DNA of 64,000 nt from Piromyces finnis finn. Lineage: Eukaryota; Fungi; Neocallimastigomycota. Of the stretch, positions 33,117 through 47,038 are shown piece by piece (within the stretch, counting starts at the first letter, position 1; each line of letters begins with the position of its first letter). The notes beneath the pieces were generated by a model. That model was not told the DNA's origin and did no database searches. It saw only the letters and a program-made list of their open reading frames with translations. A program made the translations under genes and the position numbers. Location of the stretch: contig MCFH01000012.1 of the NCBI GenBank assembly GCA_002104945.1, forward strand, positions 434,001 through 498,000, read 5' to 3'.

Positions 33117-35416
33117 TTATTCGTCTTTATTTTCATCATCATCATCTTCTTCTTCTTCTTCTTCTAATTGAGTATCTTCATCTATATCTTCAGTTTCATC
33201 ATCCTCTTCTTCTTCTACTTCTTCATCTTCTTCTTCAACAGTATTACTATCTACATCATCATGGTTTTCTTCTATTTCATCCTGACTATCTATACTAAAT
33301 TTCTTACCCATACGACCAGTCATAATATTTGTGCCATGATTTTCATGATCATCATCATCGTTATCCTCCTCTTCTTCCTCTTCATCATCATCCTCTTCTT
33401 CTTCATTATCCTCATCATGATCATTGGTATTGGTATCATCTAAATTAGAATCAACATTGGATTGAGCAGTTTCACCTGAATATTCTACACTAGTACTACG
33501 TGAATAATTATTTTCATCATTAATAGGTTGATCTTCGTCTTGTTGTTTTTCATTAAATAATTTGTTTTTTGAATCAGAAGCAGTAGCAGCCACAGCAGCA
33601 TCAACATCATCAATATCATCTACTTGCATTTCATCTTCATCATCATTATTGTTGGCATTATTAAAACTATTTTCGGTTTGATTATCATTTACAGAATTCA
33701 TTGAGTCATCAATATTATCATCGGTAGTTGAAATTGAATTCATTCGTATTTTAGATGTGGCGTTAATAGAACCTTTACCTTTAGTTCTTCCCTTTATTTT
33801 TCCTTTAGATAAAGGAGAAGTTATTCCTTTTTTATGTTCTGAATTAATATTATATGCTTCCAATTCTTTTTCATATCTTGCTTTATCTATTTCATACATA
33901 TCATAATCTATCATAATTATCATAATAATAAAAATAAAGATAATCAATAATGGGCCCCCTCCCAATGATTAAAGGAATAGCTGTAATTAAAGAGAATTCA
34001 AATATACATATATATAATAAATATAAATACTTACATTTCTTTATATTGAAAAGAAAAGTGAGGAATTATAATTTAAAATTTCAATTTGAAAAAAAAAAAA
34101 AATAAAATAAAATAAAATAAAGAGTTAATACTTCAAAAAGAATTTTTTTTTTTTTAATTATAATAATAAAGCAATATATATAAAGAGAAAGATATATATA
34201 TAAACATATATATATATATCTATATCTACTATAAATTTAAAAAAAAGGTCCACTTTACTTGTTTTTTTTCTTGAGGCAATTCTTTCCATTTATTTGATAA
34301 TATTTTTGTTATATCACTATTACTGGAATCTTCATTTTTAATTTGAGATTTTAAATCTTTTCTTTGAAGTTGACAAAATCTAAAGAAAGCATTGGCAGGT
34401 TTTTTTGGAGCTAATGGGTCGATATTTTTTTGCTTCTTTTTTTGGTGTTTTTCTTCTACTTTTACAATTTGTGGTGGTGGATTATTCTTTATTTATATAG
34501 TAATAATAAATAGAAAGAGATGAATATAACTTTTTTTTCTCTTGAAAATAAATTTCAACTAATGAATAAAAATATTACAAATATATTATTTTATTTTATT
34601 ATAAAGATAATAATGTGTTCTCTTTACTTCAATTTCTGAATCATCTGAATCGAAATCTGTAGGTTTTTTAATTTTTTCTAATTTTTCAAAAAGAAATCTT
34701 TAAAAAAAAAAAGTATGTTATTTTATTATATTCATACAAATAAAAAAAAAAAAAAAAAACCTTTAAATAATAATAATAATATATATATTCTAATAATAAA
34801 TTGTTTACCCTCTTTCAACTTTTAAACGTTTTATACATTTTCTTGTTTTTATTATTTTTAAATCTAAAGTTTTATTATTCTATATATTATTAAATAGCAA
34901 GTATATATATAGATACAAATTTATACGGTTACATTTAATATATATATATATATTAAAATTAATAATAATAGCAATAACAAATGGAAGGGAAAATAAAAGA
35001 AATTGGTAAATATTTAAATTATATCAAAAATAGAAAAAAAGAATAATTTTTAAATGCCTCTTCTAAATCCTGTAACTTTTTAAATAATTCCTCGTATTTT
35101 CTTTTATATTTTTGTTCTATGTTAATTATATTAAGAAGAAAGCATTTTGTGGTGGTAGGTGTTGTTATTTATAATGAAATTTAGTGGGTTTATTAATAAT
35201 AAAAAAAATGTTTGATAACAAATATATAAATACAATATTTATAATAGAAATATTTAAGATTGGTTGGTTTGAAGTTGAGAGTATACGGTATTTTATAAAA
35301 AAATAAAATAAAATTGTTAAAGTTCATCTAATAATAAAGTTAAAATTGAAATGTATTTATTATATTTCTATTATATTTATTTATTATATACCTTCTTGAG
35401 ATAATGTTTTTGTCAT
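33117..35416 (-). CDS. HMG-box protein with an INO80E-like N-terminal coiled coil and an acidic tail (Nhp10/Nht1-like INO80 subunit)
   Basis: Spliced exons give EQKYKRKYEELFKKLQDLEE...KRLKVER, then the HMG box DPLAPKKPANAFFRFCQ...ITKILSNKWKEL...YEIDKARYEKELEAY, then a D/E-rich tail ending at the TAA at 33117. Confidence 0.75.
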
Positions 35417-37066
35417 GATCGTAATCCTTTTTTTTTTTTACACAATTAAAATATACTAATAGTTTGCGAATGAATTAAGAAAAATAAAATAAAATAAATA
35501 ATTTCCTATATTTAAAAAAACGATTCATTTAAATATTTAAGAATAAATATATAGAATGGCTTTGTTAATTATTATTGACCAAAAAAAAAAAAGTATAATA
35601 TATATATATATTCTTTTATATTTTGAAAAAAAAAAAAGAAAAGAAAAGAAAGAAAGAAAGAAAGAAACATAAATCTAATATTTAATTATTATTAAATTGT
35701 TGGTTGTACTTACAATTAATAGCAAATAAAATATACAAAGATTATAATTTTTGAAATTTTTGAAATTTAATTAGAAATAGAGTTGAACTGAAATTTATTT
35801 AGAGTATTTATAGTATTATTTGGTATCTTTTTATATATATATAAAATAAATGAATAATATGCTTCTTCATATATATATATATTTTTAAAATTGATGTTTT
35901 TTTTTTTTTTTTTTTTTTTTTTTGAAATTTCAAAAAAGTAACCTTTTAAATAATTTTTTTTTTAGTATTAATATTAAAATATATTAATTTTTTAATTTAA
36001 TTATTTTTTGTTAACTTTAAAAAAAAAAAGTTTAAATATTTATAAAATAATCTTAAGCATATGTTTGAATATCCTTTTATTTCAATTATTATTTTACTTT
36101 CTTTTTTAGATATTTTAAAGTGTTTGCGTAGTAATAAATAAAGTATAATAAGTATACTTTATGAAATAATTAAATTCATAATATTATTATAATATTATGA
36201 AATTACTAGACTTATATACCTTCTGCCTCTTCTTCTTCCTTTGAAATCTTAATTATACTTTTACTATTATTTAAACTGAACTTTATATATGTACATTTTT
36301 TTTCTTTTATTACATTTGGTACTAATGTGTATATTCATGAAAACTTTTTTTTAATTTATTTATTATTCTTTTTGAAATCTTTTCATTCAACTCATTGCCT
36401 TTATTTAAACTATATATTTACTTATAAAAAAAAAAAAGAACATTCATCCTTCAGAAGAGAGGGTAGAATGATAGAATGAATATATCGAAAAAAAAAAAAA
36501 AATAATCACTTTCTTTAAGATGTAAACTAGAAAAATAAATTATCTACATATACTAAAATAAATTATTATTATTGGTATGTCTTAATAGTCCAAAAAAAAA
36601 AAAAAAGCCTTCATTAGAAAATTATAGGATTCTAATAGTTAAAATTCATTTTGAAAAAAGGACTAATCTTTATATAGTGAACCATTTTAATCATCTTTTT
36701 TTTAAAAAAGAAAAAAAAAACTTTATTACCATACATCATAAATCGTAATAATATTTACCATATTCACTTTTACACATAAAAAAAAAAAAAAACGAATAAT
36801 AGTAGAACAGTAAAAATCAAAGATTTATAAATTTAATAATTGTTTATTTGATAAGAATTAAAAAAAAAAGGTTTAATTCTTCAATTATTGAATTTACTGA
36901 ATTAAATAAAAGTTATAAACCTTTTTTTTTAAAAAATTTAATTAGTTACATTAATATAAAAATTAATTGTTTAATTTTTAACGATAATGTAAAATAAAAA
37001 TAAAAAAAAAATAATAATAATAAAGGAAAAAAAAAAAACTTGATATTTTTTTTTTTTCCTTCAAAT

Positions 37067-37597
37067 CTAATTTTCAATTCTTCTTATAATTCTAGCAGGG
37101 TTACCAGCAACAATAACATTATCTTCAACATCCTTAGTAACAACACTACCAGCACCAACTACAGAATTTTCACCGATAGTAACACCTGGTAAAATAGTAG
37201 CACCTGCACCAATCCAACAATTCTTTTTAATATGAACAGGTTTACAGGTAATAACACTACGTTGTTTTAAATCATGATTATTTGAAATTAATTGAACGTT
37301 AGCAGCAATCATAGTGTTATCTTCAATGGTAATACCACCAGCAGCCATGAATAAACAATTTGTATTAACATAAACATTCTTACCAATGTTAACACAATTA
37401 TATCTAGCACCAGAAATTGGAGCTTGAACAACAGAATTTTCACCAAGTTTACCTTCAAAAATTTGTTTCATTAATTCATCATACTCTGGAGTGTAAGGCA
37501 TAGTATGATTAAACTTAAAAGCAAGTTGACCTAACTTTTTGGCTAATTCTAATTCTTCTGGAGTTTGTTTAGCAACATCAATTCTTATTTCTTCCAT
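37067..37597 (-). CDS. Hexapeptide-repeat (LbH) sugar O-acetyltransferase, maltose/galactoside acetyltransferase family, intronless
   Basis: Motifs [20 protein letters not shown] and [38 protein letters not shown]...VAGNPARII. Confidence 0.92.
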   Translation of the reverse strand: MEEIRIDVAKQTPEELELAKKLGQLAFKFNHTMPYTPEYDELMKQIFEGKLGENSVVQAPISGARYNCVNIGKNVYVNTNCLFMAAGGITIEDNTMIAANVQLISNNHDLKQRSVITCKPVHIKKNCWIGAGATILPGVTIGENSVVGAGSVVTKDVEDNVIVAGNPARIIRRIEN

Positions 37598-40500
37598 CTT
37601 TTTTAAAAAAGTAAATAAGTTATAAAAAAAGTAAAATTTAAAAATAGATAGATATAATAAAGATATAATTAAAGCATAATATATTTTATATTTTATATTA
37701 TATTAATATAAGGATATAGATATAAATATAGATAGATAAATAGATAGATAAATTAGAAACCATTAAATTAGAATAAAATTATTTAGTAATAAAAGTCTTT
37801 TTTTTTTTTATATTATTATATTATTATTATAATTTTAAATAATAAATGAAAAAAATAACCTTTTCTTATCGTATTTTATATTATATTATATTATATATTT
37901 GTTGATGGTTAGTTGTTTTAGTTAATTATATATACATAAATATAAAAAATGAATAGTGTTTTCCAAGTTTTACCTTTTCCTTTTTTTTTTCTTACTAAAA
38001 TAAAAAATAAAAAAAAAACTTTGATTAAATTCAAAATTTTAAAACTATTCAAATGCTTTATTTTTATTGGCTAAAAAATATTAATTTAATTATTTAATTA
38101 ATAAATAATTAAGTATTTTATAAATAATCCATACTTCATCATTAAAAAGTAAGCGGAAAATGTCCGTTGGTTAAAAAAGGAAAAAAAAAAAAAGTTGAGC
38201 ATAAAATAAAATAAAAAAAAGTAATTTTTATGGGATTATTTTTATGAGATTATAGAGTTTAATAGATGTATACTTATTATTATGAATAAATTATTAGTAG
38301 TAATAATAATTTTAAGAATTAATATTTTAACACAAAAATTGGAAATTGTTCTTTCATTCATTCTAATTTTTCATCGTCTATTCTAATGGAAAACATTGAA
38401 AATACTTATTATTCTGCCAGTATTTCCATATTCATTTACTAGCTATATTAATTCACCTGGTATTTCTTAACTATAAATGGTAATGGTAGTAGTGGTGGAC
38501 CATGCCAAATAAAAAAAAAAGTTAATTTTTTTATATTTTTCTTATATAAAGATTAATAACTAATATGACCATATTTCACTATATTTATCATATTTAACTA
38601 TGCCATAATAATATTCACGCTTTAATTTTTTACTTTTCTTTTTTTTAATCTCTTTTTTTTAAAAAAAAAAAAAAAGTATAAATGTTACTATTAAACTATA
38701 ATTCAAAACCATGAAAGCATAAAAATATTGGGTTGATTTATTTACTCTATTTTTTCATGAGTAAGATTAAACTCTTTAGGTCAATTAAAGCAAAAAAAGA
38801 AATATTATACTATTTATAGAATCCTTTTAAAATAAATGTTTAATACAAAACTAAACATCAACTACTTTTCTGTACCTCTTCCTATCAAAAAAAAAAAAAC
38901 TTTAAAAAAAAGCAGCAACTAAACCAAGCATTATTAATATATATATATACTATATATTTTTATAATTATTTATGAGTAATAAGAACCTCTTCCCTTTTCT
39001 ATAATATTCTTCACTCTAAAATTCCACCACTTTCCTTTAATTACATTACAATACATTATATAATGTTGTCTAGTTAAATGATATTTCATTGGTTATAAAA
39101 ATACAGAATAGATATGTACATTTTATTTACAATACATATATTTATGTATATTTGTTATACATTATTCATTGTATATTAATATACATTAATTTTGCTTAGA
39201 CTTTCAAATTTCTGTAATTACAAAAAAAAGAATAACCAATGATAGAATAGAATAGTACAATATAGTATAGTTTATTGTAATATATACCTTTTTATTGTAC
39301 TATATATATTCTAGTATATTGAATTTAAATTTATTGTATATTAACAATATTAACAAGCTATTTATAGGATGGTAAACAAAATGTATTTTTCGATAATAGA
39401 AGATTCTTAAAATTATCAATATATTATTGGTTTACTTGATTTTCATAAACACATATTATTGGATGGAATTTTATGATAATATAAAATATTTCCTTTTATA
39501 GAAAATATTCAAATTTGGCAGTTCTTTTGTAGATATTTGGTATGAAACCTTAATTCTATTCTTTGTAGTATTGTTATTGGAACGATGGGAACGACAATTG
39601 TAAATTTTATTTTAAAATTAATTAAAAATATAAAACATTTTACCATATATTGTAGTATACTCTAATTTATCTTCTCCATATATTAATTTATCTTTACCAT
39701 GTAATGAAGGAAGGAAAGAATTAAGGATTAGAAAGGGAAAAAGACTGGCTATTCTTTCAAGGTAAAGTTCCTTTTTCTACGAAGCATTTTAAATAAAAAA
39801 GACTTTTTTACTTTTTATTCAAAGATGCAATAAATAGCAAGGATTGTTTTTGCTATGAGGTTGAAGCAAATGCAAATTATTTTTTTAGATAATGATATAG
39901 TTAGTTTGATTTTAAAATTCTAAAACTATCATTCCTATTTCAAACCATAAAAAAAAAGGAAAAATGATGGTGTGACCACTTTTCTTTTGTTATATTATTT
40001 CAAAAATTTTGATTTTTGAAGTTGAAAAAAAAAGGAAGGCACATTACTAGTAAAAAAAAAAAAAAACAATCATTTTCAATTAGAATGACCTTTATTTTAA
40101 TAAAAATAATGGATGATGTTGGTTTATTCTACAAAGAAAATGTTTTAAAAATGTTGAAGTGATGGATGTTGAATAATGTAATACTAAACGAATGGGATGT
40201 CCACGTTTATGTAAATAAAATAATGTACATTAGTTTATGTAATTCATCTAAAGCAGAAAGTTTTAACTGGATGGTTCATTTATTAAATCTACAAAGGAAA
40301 AGGAAAAAGAATAAGGAAAACGTTTAGCCAAAAGAAAAAAAAACATTTTTTCTAAAAAAAAAAAAGGATAAAATAAATAATAATTATAGTAAAAAAAAAA
40401 AAAAAAAAAAAAGCTATAATTATTATTTTTTATCTTGTTTTATAGTTCATAGAGTTTATTTATTCATAGGAAATTATTATTATATTCAATATTTGTAAAA

Positions 40501-43414
40501 ACCAAATTATTATTCATACTACTATTTAAATTTTTGATTTTTTTTCCATTACTATATGAAAGGCAATTTCCTAAATTTAATACTTTATTCATGTATATAT
40601 TTTCTGAGTTGTATTTATTATTTGTTAAATTTTATTAAAACTTATTAAAAGGATGTTTTAACAATAATATTTCAAGGCAAAATTTTGCTTAACCAATTCA
40701 ATACCTTTCAATAGACCCTGCACAAGCATTCCATAGGAAAAATAAAAAAAAAATGTTAAAGGTCATTTTTTAAGCACCCTTTACAACATCAAGCATCAAG
40801 CATTTGGCAACTCTTCAAGGCATCTTTTTTTAAATACTCAGTTCTTGGTTTTTCCAAAAAAAAATCATATAAATTTAAACCTTTTTAGGAAATTTTAATA
40901 AATTTTAATAAATTAAAAATCAAAGATTTTAATTAAAAATTATTAATTTTAATTTTATTAAATTAAATTAAATTAATAAAATTAGTTTAAAATGTTTTAA
41001 AATTATTAATTAAATTTATTAATGATTTAATTAATAAAATAAAACAATATTTACTATTCATTATTTATTAAACTTTGGTGGAAAATCTTTTTCTATTCTC
41101 CAATGTATTTATTATGTACAACGTATTGTAATAAATAATGTACAATTAAATATTTCCATATTTGGAATATTTTTCATTTCCTAAAATTGAGGCTCACTGA
41201 AAGTGGACTTTTTTATGTTAATATACAAAGAAAAAAACTAATTATTTTACTTTGATGAAACAGACTAAGACAGTAAAAGTAGATTTATGAAATGGTTTTA
41301 AATGAAAATCTTATTAAAGATCATGAGAGGATGACATCCATACAAAAGAATAAAGGCTCTATAAAAGATCAATGATGATAATCACATGATCAATAGTACC
41401 ATAAATTTTCAATATTTGAAAGGTTAAACAACCACCAAAACCATAGCCACTTCAACAATAAAATTTCATTAAAACTAGGGTCAAAAATTCATTTATAATT
41501 AATAATTACCGTTTAGCCATAACGTCCAAAATGTAAAGAAAAAAAAAAAAAGTTTTATACTAGAATGACTACCATTAATTTATGACTTTCATTGGGTTTT
41601 GTGGTGGGTTAACTTTTGGTTATCATTTTTAAGTAATGTATTTTAGTTTACATTAATGTACATTTTTACTATAGAAACAATTGTATTGATAAAACATTTT
41701 TATATATATTTATATATTTTATAGTTTATTAGTTCAATATAATAGAATTTTATTACAGTATATGGACAATTGATATTTTATAAAATTATTAATTTAATGC
41801 ACTGTTTTATACTACTATATATTATTATATATGAGTTTTATTTAAAATTCACATATTAAGAAAGTACTTTATTTATATTGTTTCCATCCTTTGTATTTCT
41901 ATATATTACAATATAATGAAATATATATCTAATAAATTATTCATTGAAAATGTATGGAAAACTTTAATTTCAAGACATTTTTATAATTAATAAAGTTTAT
42001 TCTAAATTTTGGTGATTTTCATAATAGTCAATGAATAGATAAATAAATAATTAATAATAGTCAATGAATAAATAAATAGATGGATAAATAAATTGTAAGG
42101 ATTAATAAATAATAAAATAGTTCATTAACTATCATCTACATCTATATCACCATCAGTATCAGCATCATTTATACAGTAAAAATAACCTTTTATTTTTTAA
42201 AAATAAATGTTACCTGTTACTATTTCTGTAGATACTTTTTGAATTAAAAAGTCATCCACTCCCCTCTTATATAATAATAAAAATTAAACTTTGATATTTA
42301 ATATTTTTAGTATAAAAAGTCATCATCCAGCGGCGGTATCTCTAGTTGTAAAGATCATAAGATAAAAATAACTAGAGTCTAATAACTTTTTTTTTGTTAT
42401 TACTATTATTTGTCATGATAATAAAATCTAAAATAAGCTTTTACCGCTACTTTAACTGTAAATAAATATAAAAATAGAAATTAAATAAAATATTTTTTTA
42501 TATTATTTAAAGTGCCCTTTTAAAGTTTTAATATTAATTTTAATTAATTAAAAAAATATTGAATATACTTTTATTATTATCAATCTAATAATCATTATCA
42601 AAAATAGACTTTTTAGTTATATTTATCTTATTAATTAATAAATAAATAATAAAAACTTTAAACAAATAAATATAACAAGTTGGATGAGGTAGAATTAAAG
42701 TTTTACTTTATTAAATTCAAAAAAAAAAAAAGAGTAATTGCAAAAAAAAAAAAAAAAGAAAAATGAAATGATAAATTAAAATAAATGTATTTGCTAAAAA
42801 AAAAAAAAAAAAAAAAAAAGAATAATTAATTATAATAAAGGTTTCCTTAAAATATATAGTATTTGTTATGTAATTTTCTTTACCTTTATAAATAATCATA
42901 ATCAAAACATTAAACTAGAATGAACTAAAGAATAAAGCAAAGATATTATTATTATTACTCACAATCACTTTTAACCTTTTTTTTTAATATCATGAAAAAA
43001 AGTTATCTGTTTTTTGTTTAATTATATTGTTATTATCATAATGCGCGCTTTATTTTATAGAGCAAAAATGGCATTAATATATTTACACCTTTTTTTTTTC
43101 AATATTAATATAGTATAATTATTTTACTTACATATTTATGTTGTTGTGTGTCCATGTGTCCATCAAGATGGTTAGTTTTGTTGTTGCAATTGTTTTACCA
43201 TGTGATCTCATTCATTAACCTACACCATAGAATATATAAAGTTAATTAGTCTCTTTTTTTTATTAACAACGGCTCAAATATTAAAGAAATAACATTTTTA
43301 TACTTTGTTAAATTAAAAAACAAAAAAAAACACACCAACTATAAAATATATTAAATTTTAAATTGTCAAAATTTAAAAAAAAAAAAAAACTTTTCTTTCT
43401 ATATAGATAGATTT

Positions 43415-43453
<39 letters not shown>

Positions 43454-46123
43454 CATTTTCTAATTGTTATTACACACATAATCAAACATAATCAATTCTA
43501 TTCTATAGTTATTTTAACATTAATTACTACTTTAACATTTCAATTAAAAAAAATTTTTTTCATAAATTATAAAGTCATAATTATTTTTTTTTCATTAATA
43601 AAACTTTAAATTTTGCCATTAAACATTTAAACATTGAAATAATTATGGTTATTATTTATTTTTAACTTTTTCCGTTTATTTATTTTTTTTTTTACTTTTA
43701 TTAAAACTTTAAAATTAAAAAAAAAAAAAAAGTAATTTTATCCCCTAATAAAGGATCAAATTTTAACTTTCTATTCAACAACACCATAATCTTTACAATT
43801 TAATTAATTTGTTTGAAAAATGATACCTTTAGAGTGACAATACAATACACAATACTTTTTGTCTCAATAAATTTTAATGAATTGTAAAAAAAGTTAAAAT
43901 ATCAGGTAAAGTTGACTAACCCTCCTTCAATATATATGAATTGTATTTAATGCTACATTAACATATATTGATTGATAGATTTATAGATATGTCTTTTTTT
44001 TTTTTTTTTTTTTGATTCATTTTTAACACTATTAATATCACCATCATCATCATCATTACCATTACCACCATCACCGTCATTACCATCATTATGATTTAAA
44101 TTTGTGGTATTAATAAAATTTACAAAAATCTTAGTAATTATTTTTTTAAAAAAATGTTTAACGGATGAGATAAATGTTTAAAAAAAGTATATAAAATAAA
44201 ATTATTAAATTTATTTATCAGATATTAAGGTATACAAATGTATTATGATATTATAGTAGTATAGTATTATAGCATTTCTCTATACTATTATTTTTATAAT
44301 TTTTATAATTATTATCTAAATAAAAACATTTTTTTAAAAAGAAAAAAAAATACCGCCGTTTTTTAACTCATTTTATATTACAGTATATAAACAGTATATA
44401 AAAAAAAAAAATACTAAATATTATTTTTCAACTTGATCTTTTTTTTTTTTTTAACTAGAAATGTTTAAAAATATATATGGCATAAAAATAATTAAGGAAA
44501 TCCTTTTTATCATTCTTAATTGTAATAAGAAAAATAATTCAGTTTGTTTCTTTTCCCCTACTTTACTTTTACTAAAGAAAGAAATTCACAATTTAACAAT
44601 AAAGCAATAATTCTTTTTTTTTGGTTTCTTTAATGAATAAATTAAAAAAATAATATATCTAAAAATAGAAATTATTTAATTTACTTTTTTAATTATTATT
44701 ATTTAAAAAAAAAAAAAAAAAAGCAAAAAAGCAAAAGAGGAACCATTATATACTATAAATAAGTCTCATGAAAATAAAGCAGCTCATGAGGAATAAATGA
44801 TCTCTTTTTTTTATTTTACCTAACACTTTTCTTCTTATCGGTAAAAACTCTTTTTTTATACCGACCGATTTTTAAATACTAAATTTTTAAAAAAACTTAA
44901 CCCTTGACCTAAATATGAATTTTATTTTCTGTAAAACATTAATGCATTCTACATTTGTATTTGTATACATGCATTAATATTATTGGTTCTTAGAAATTAT
45001 CTATCAAACAGAATATATATTATTTTGTATTATTATATATAAATAGTAATGTAAATCATACATTACTTTAATATTTATATTCAATAAAATTGTTCATATT
45101 TAATACAATATATATTGATTATATATTAGAATATAATAATAATATATATTTACTTTTAAAATCATTTTATGTAATGTACAATTCATTTATCAATAAATGG
45201 AAGATAATTTTTTGTTATATATTATGATATATATTTACTAATAAATAAAGTATATTATATATTTATATTTACTAATTTAATTAAGTTGTAATATCTATAT
45301 ATTACAAATATATTATTATCATTTATTTATTCATTCATAATATATGTATTTTTAAATTGCCCATATAATGGTGGCGTACTCAATTCTAAATATGAACTTT
45401 ATTTTATAATAAATTTTCATTTAACATTTTTTAAGTAAGGTATTCTACGGTAAATGTACTTATATATTATAATATATAATTTAATTTATTTGAAATATAT
45501 TATCAATATACTCATTTTCTCATATAAAAATAAATTGTAGAGTTTATAATAATATTTTATAATGTTCATATATTAATTTAAATTGATAATAAAATAAACA
45601 TATATTAATAACTTTATTATCTTTTTTTTCAATCTATTAAATTATATATTATGATTATATTCTTATTTATATATTTATATATATTAATTTATTTTATAAT
45701 TTATTTTATTTTTTATGAAACGATGATGAAATAATAAAAAAAAAATCTTTTTCATATAAAAAGAAATAATAATTCCTTCCAAAAATGAATTTTTTTTTTT
45801 ATTAATTTTAATTACAATTTATATTTATTTTCTTACGAATTTGGAATTTAATATTATTATTGAAATTGCAATTGATTTTGTAAAGAAAAACATAAAATAA
45901 ATTTCAGGCAAAAATCAAGCAAGAAAATAGTTGATCTTTTTTTAAAAAATAGGCAATTATTGAATGAAAATATAAAAGATTGTAAATAATATTTAATTCT
46001 TAAAAATATTTTGAGAGTATACATAAGCAAACAATAAAATAAACAAAAAACGCATTTAAGCATACGCATTAAAAATATTAATAATATCATTATTTATTAA
46101 AACCAACAAATAAATTAGTCAAC

Positions 46124-47038
46124 ATGAAATTCTCCAATTTATTCACTTTATCTGCTCTCGCTTTATTCTCAATGGCTAAAGCTGATTATTATAAAGCCAG
46201 TAGAGTAACATACTATGGTGGTCCAAACGATGGCAATTCAGAACGTGATCCATTCTGTCAAGATTATGCCAGTAATGTTCCAAGTAGTGTTTCTGGCATT
46301 TCATACTATGTTGCTATTAGTAAAGATGATCTTACCAAGAGTAATGCAAAGAGTTACTGTGGTAAGACTATAAAGTTAAGTAATGCTGAAACTGGAAGAA
46401 CCCTTTCTGCAATTGTTGTTGATAAGTGTGGTTCCTGCAGTGGAGGTAATATTGATCTTAGTGTTAAAGCTTTTGAATATTTAAGTGCTAATCACAAAGA
46501 AAAGGGTGTCTTAAAGCAAGTTAGTTGGTGTATTGTTGATGGACCAAGTAAGTACAAGTGTCCATCTTCTAGTTCTTCTTCATCCAAAAAGACCACTACT
46601 ACTAAGAAGACTTCCTCTTCTAGTAGCTCAAGTTCTACCTCTGTTAGAAAGACTGGTGGTGTTTACATTGAATTAGAAAAGGGTTCTCGTTATGGTTATT
46701 GTAGTATTGGCAAAAGTATTAAGTACTACTCAGGTAATGGTTACATCCAATTTAAGAATGCTTCTCACGGATCCCAAAGAACTAGAGTTGATGCTTACGT
46801 TAATGTTAGTAAGGCTGGTTTATACAACCTTAAGATTAAGTACAACAATCCAAACTCTTCAAAGGTTACTAACAGAATCGTTGTTAACAACAACTACTAC
46901 TCTATTAACTTCAGTAAGACTGGTAGTGAATGGCAAAAGGTTAGTCTTAAGGGAGTTCCATTCAAGGCTGGTTCTAATTTAGTTGAAGTTAGAGCTACTG
47001 ATGGTTACATGAGCTTTGACTACGTTTACATTGAATAA
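46124..47038 (+). CDS. Secreted expansin/loosenin-like DPBB protein fused through an S/T/K linker to a CBM35/CBM6-like module
   Basis: Signal peptide. DPBB motifs TYY...VAIS...CGKTI...VVDKCGSC...IDLS..AF. CBM-like region IELE...YSGNGY...AGLYNLKIKY.N...W...AGSN...DYVYI. Single exon. Confidence 0.85.
   Translation: MKFSNLFTLSALALFSMAKADYYKASRVTYYGGPNDGNSERDPFCQDYASNVPSSVSGISYYVAISKDDLTKSNAKSYCGKTIKLSNAETGRTLSAIVVDKCGSCSGGNIDLSVKAFEYLSANHKEKGVLKQVSWCIVDGPSKYKCPSSSSSSSKKTTTTKKTSSSSSSSSTSVRKTGGVYIELEKGSRYGYCSIGKSIKYYSGNGYIQFKNASHGSQRTRVDAYVNVSKAGLYNLKIKYNNPNSSKVTNRIVVNNNYYSINFSKTGSEWQKVSLKGVPFKAGSNLVEVRATDGYMSFDYVYIE

Noticed and set aside
40660-40860. Weak resemblance to an Arf GTPase C terminus (GLLKGIELVKQN) on the minus strand
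   Set aside because: Requires frameshifts, and no GTPase core motifs were found nearby.
41430-41610. Imperfect inverted repeat accaccaaaacc / ggttttgtggtgg as MITE ends
   Set aside because: Too short and mismatched, with no TSD and no second copy.
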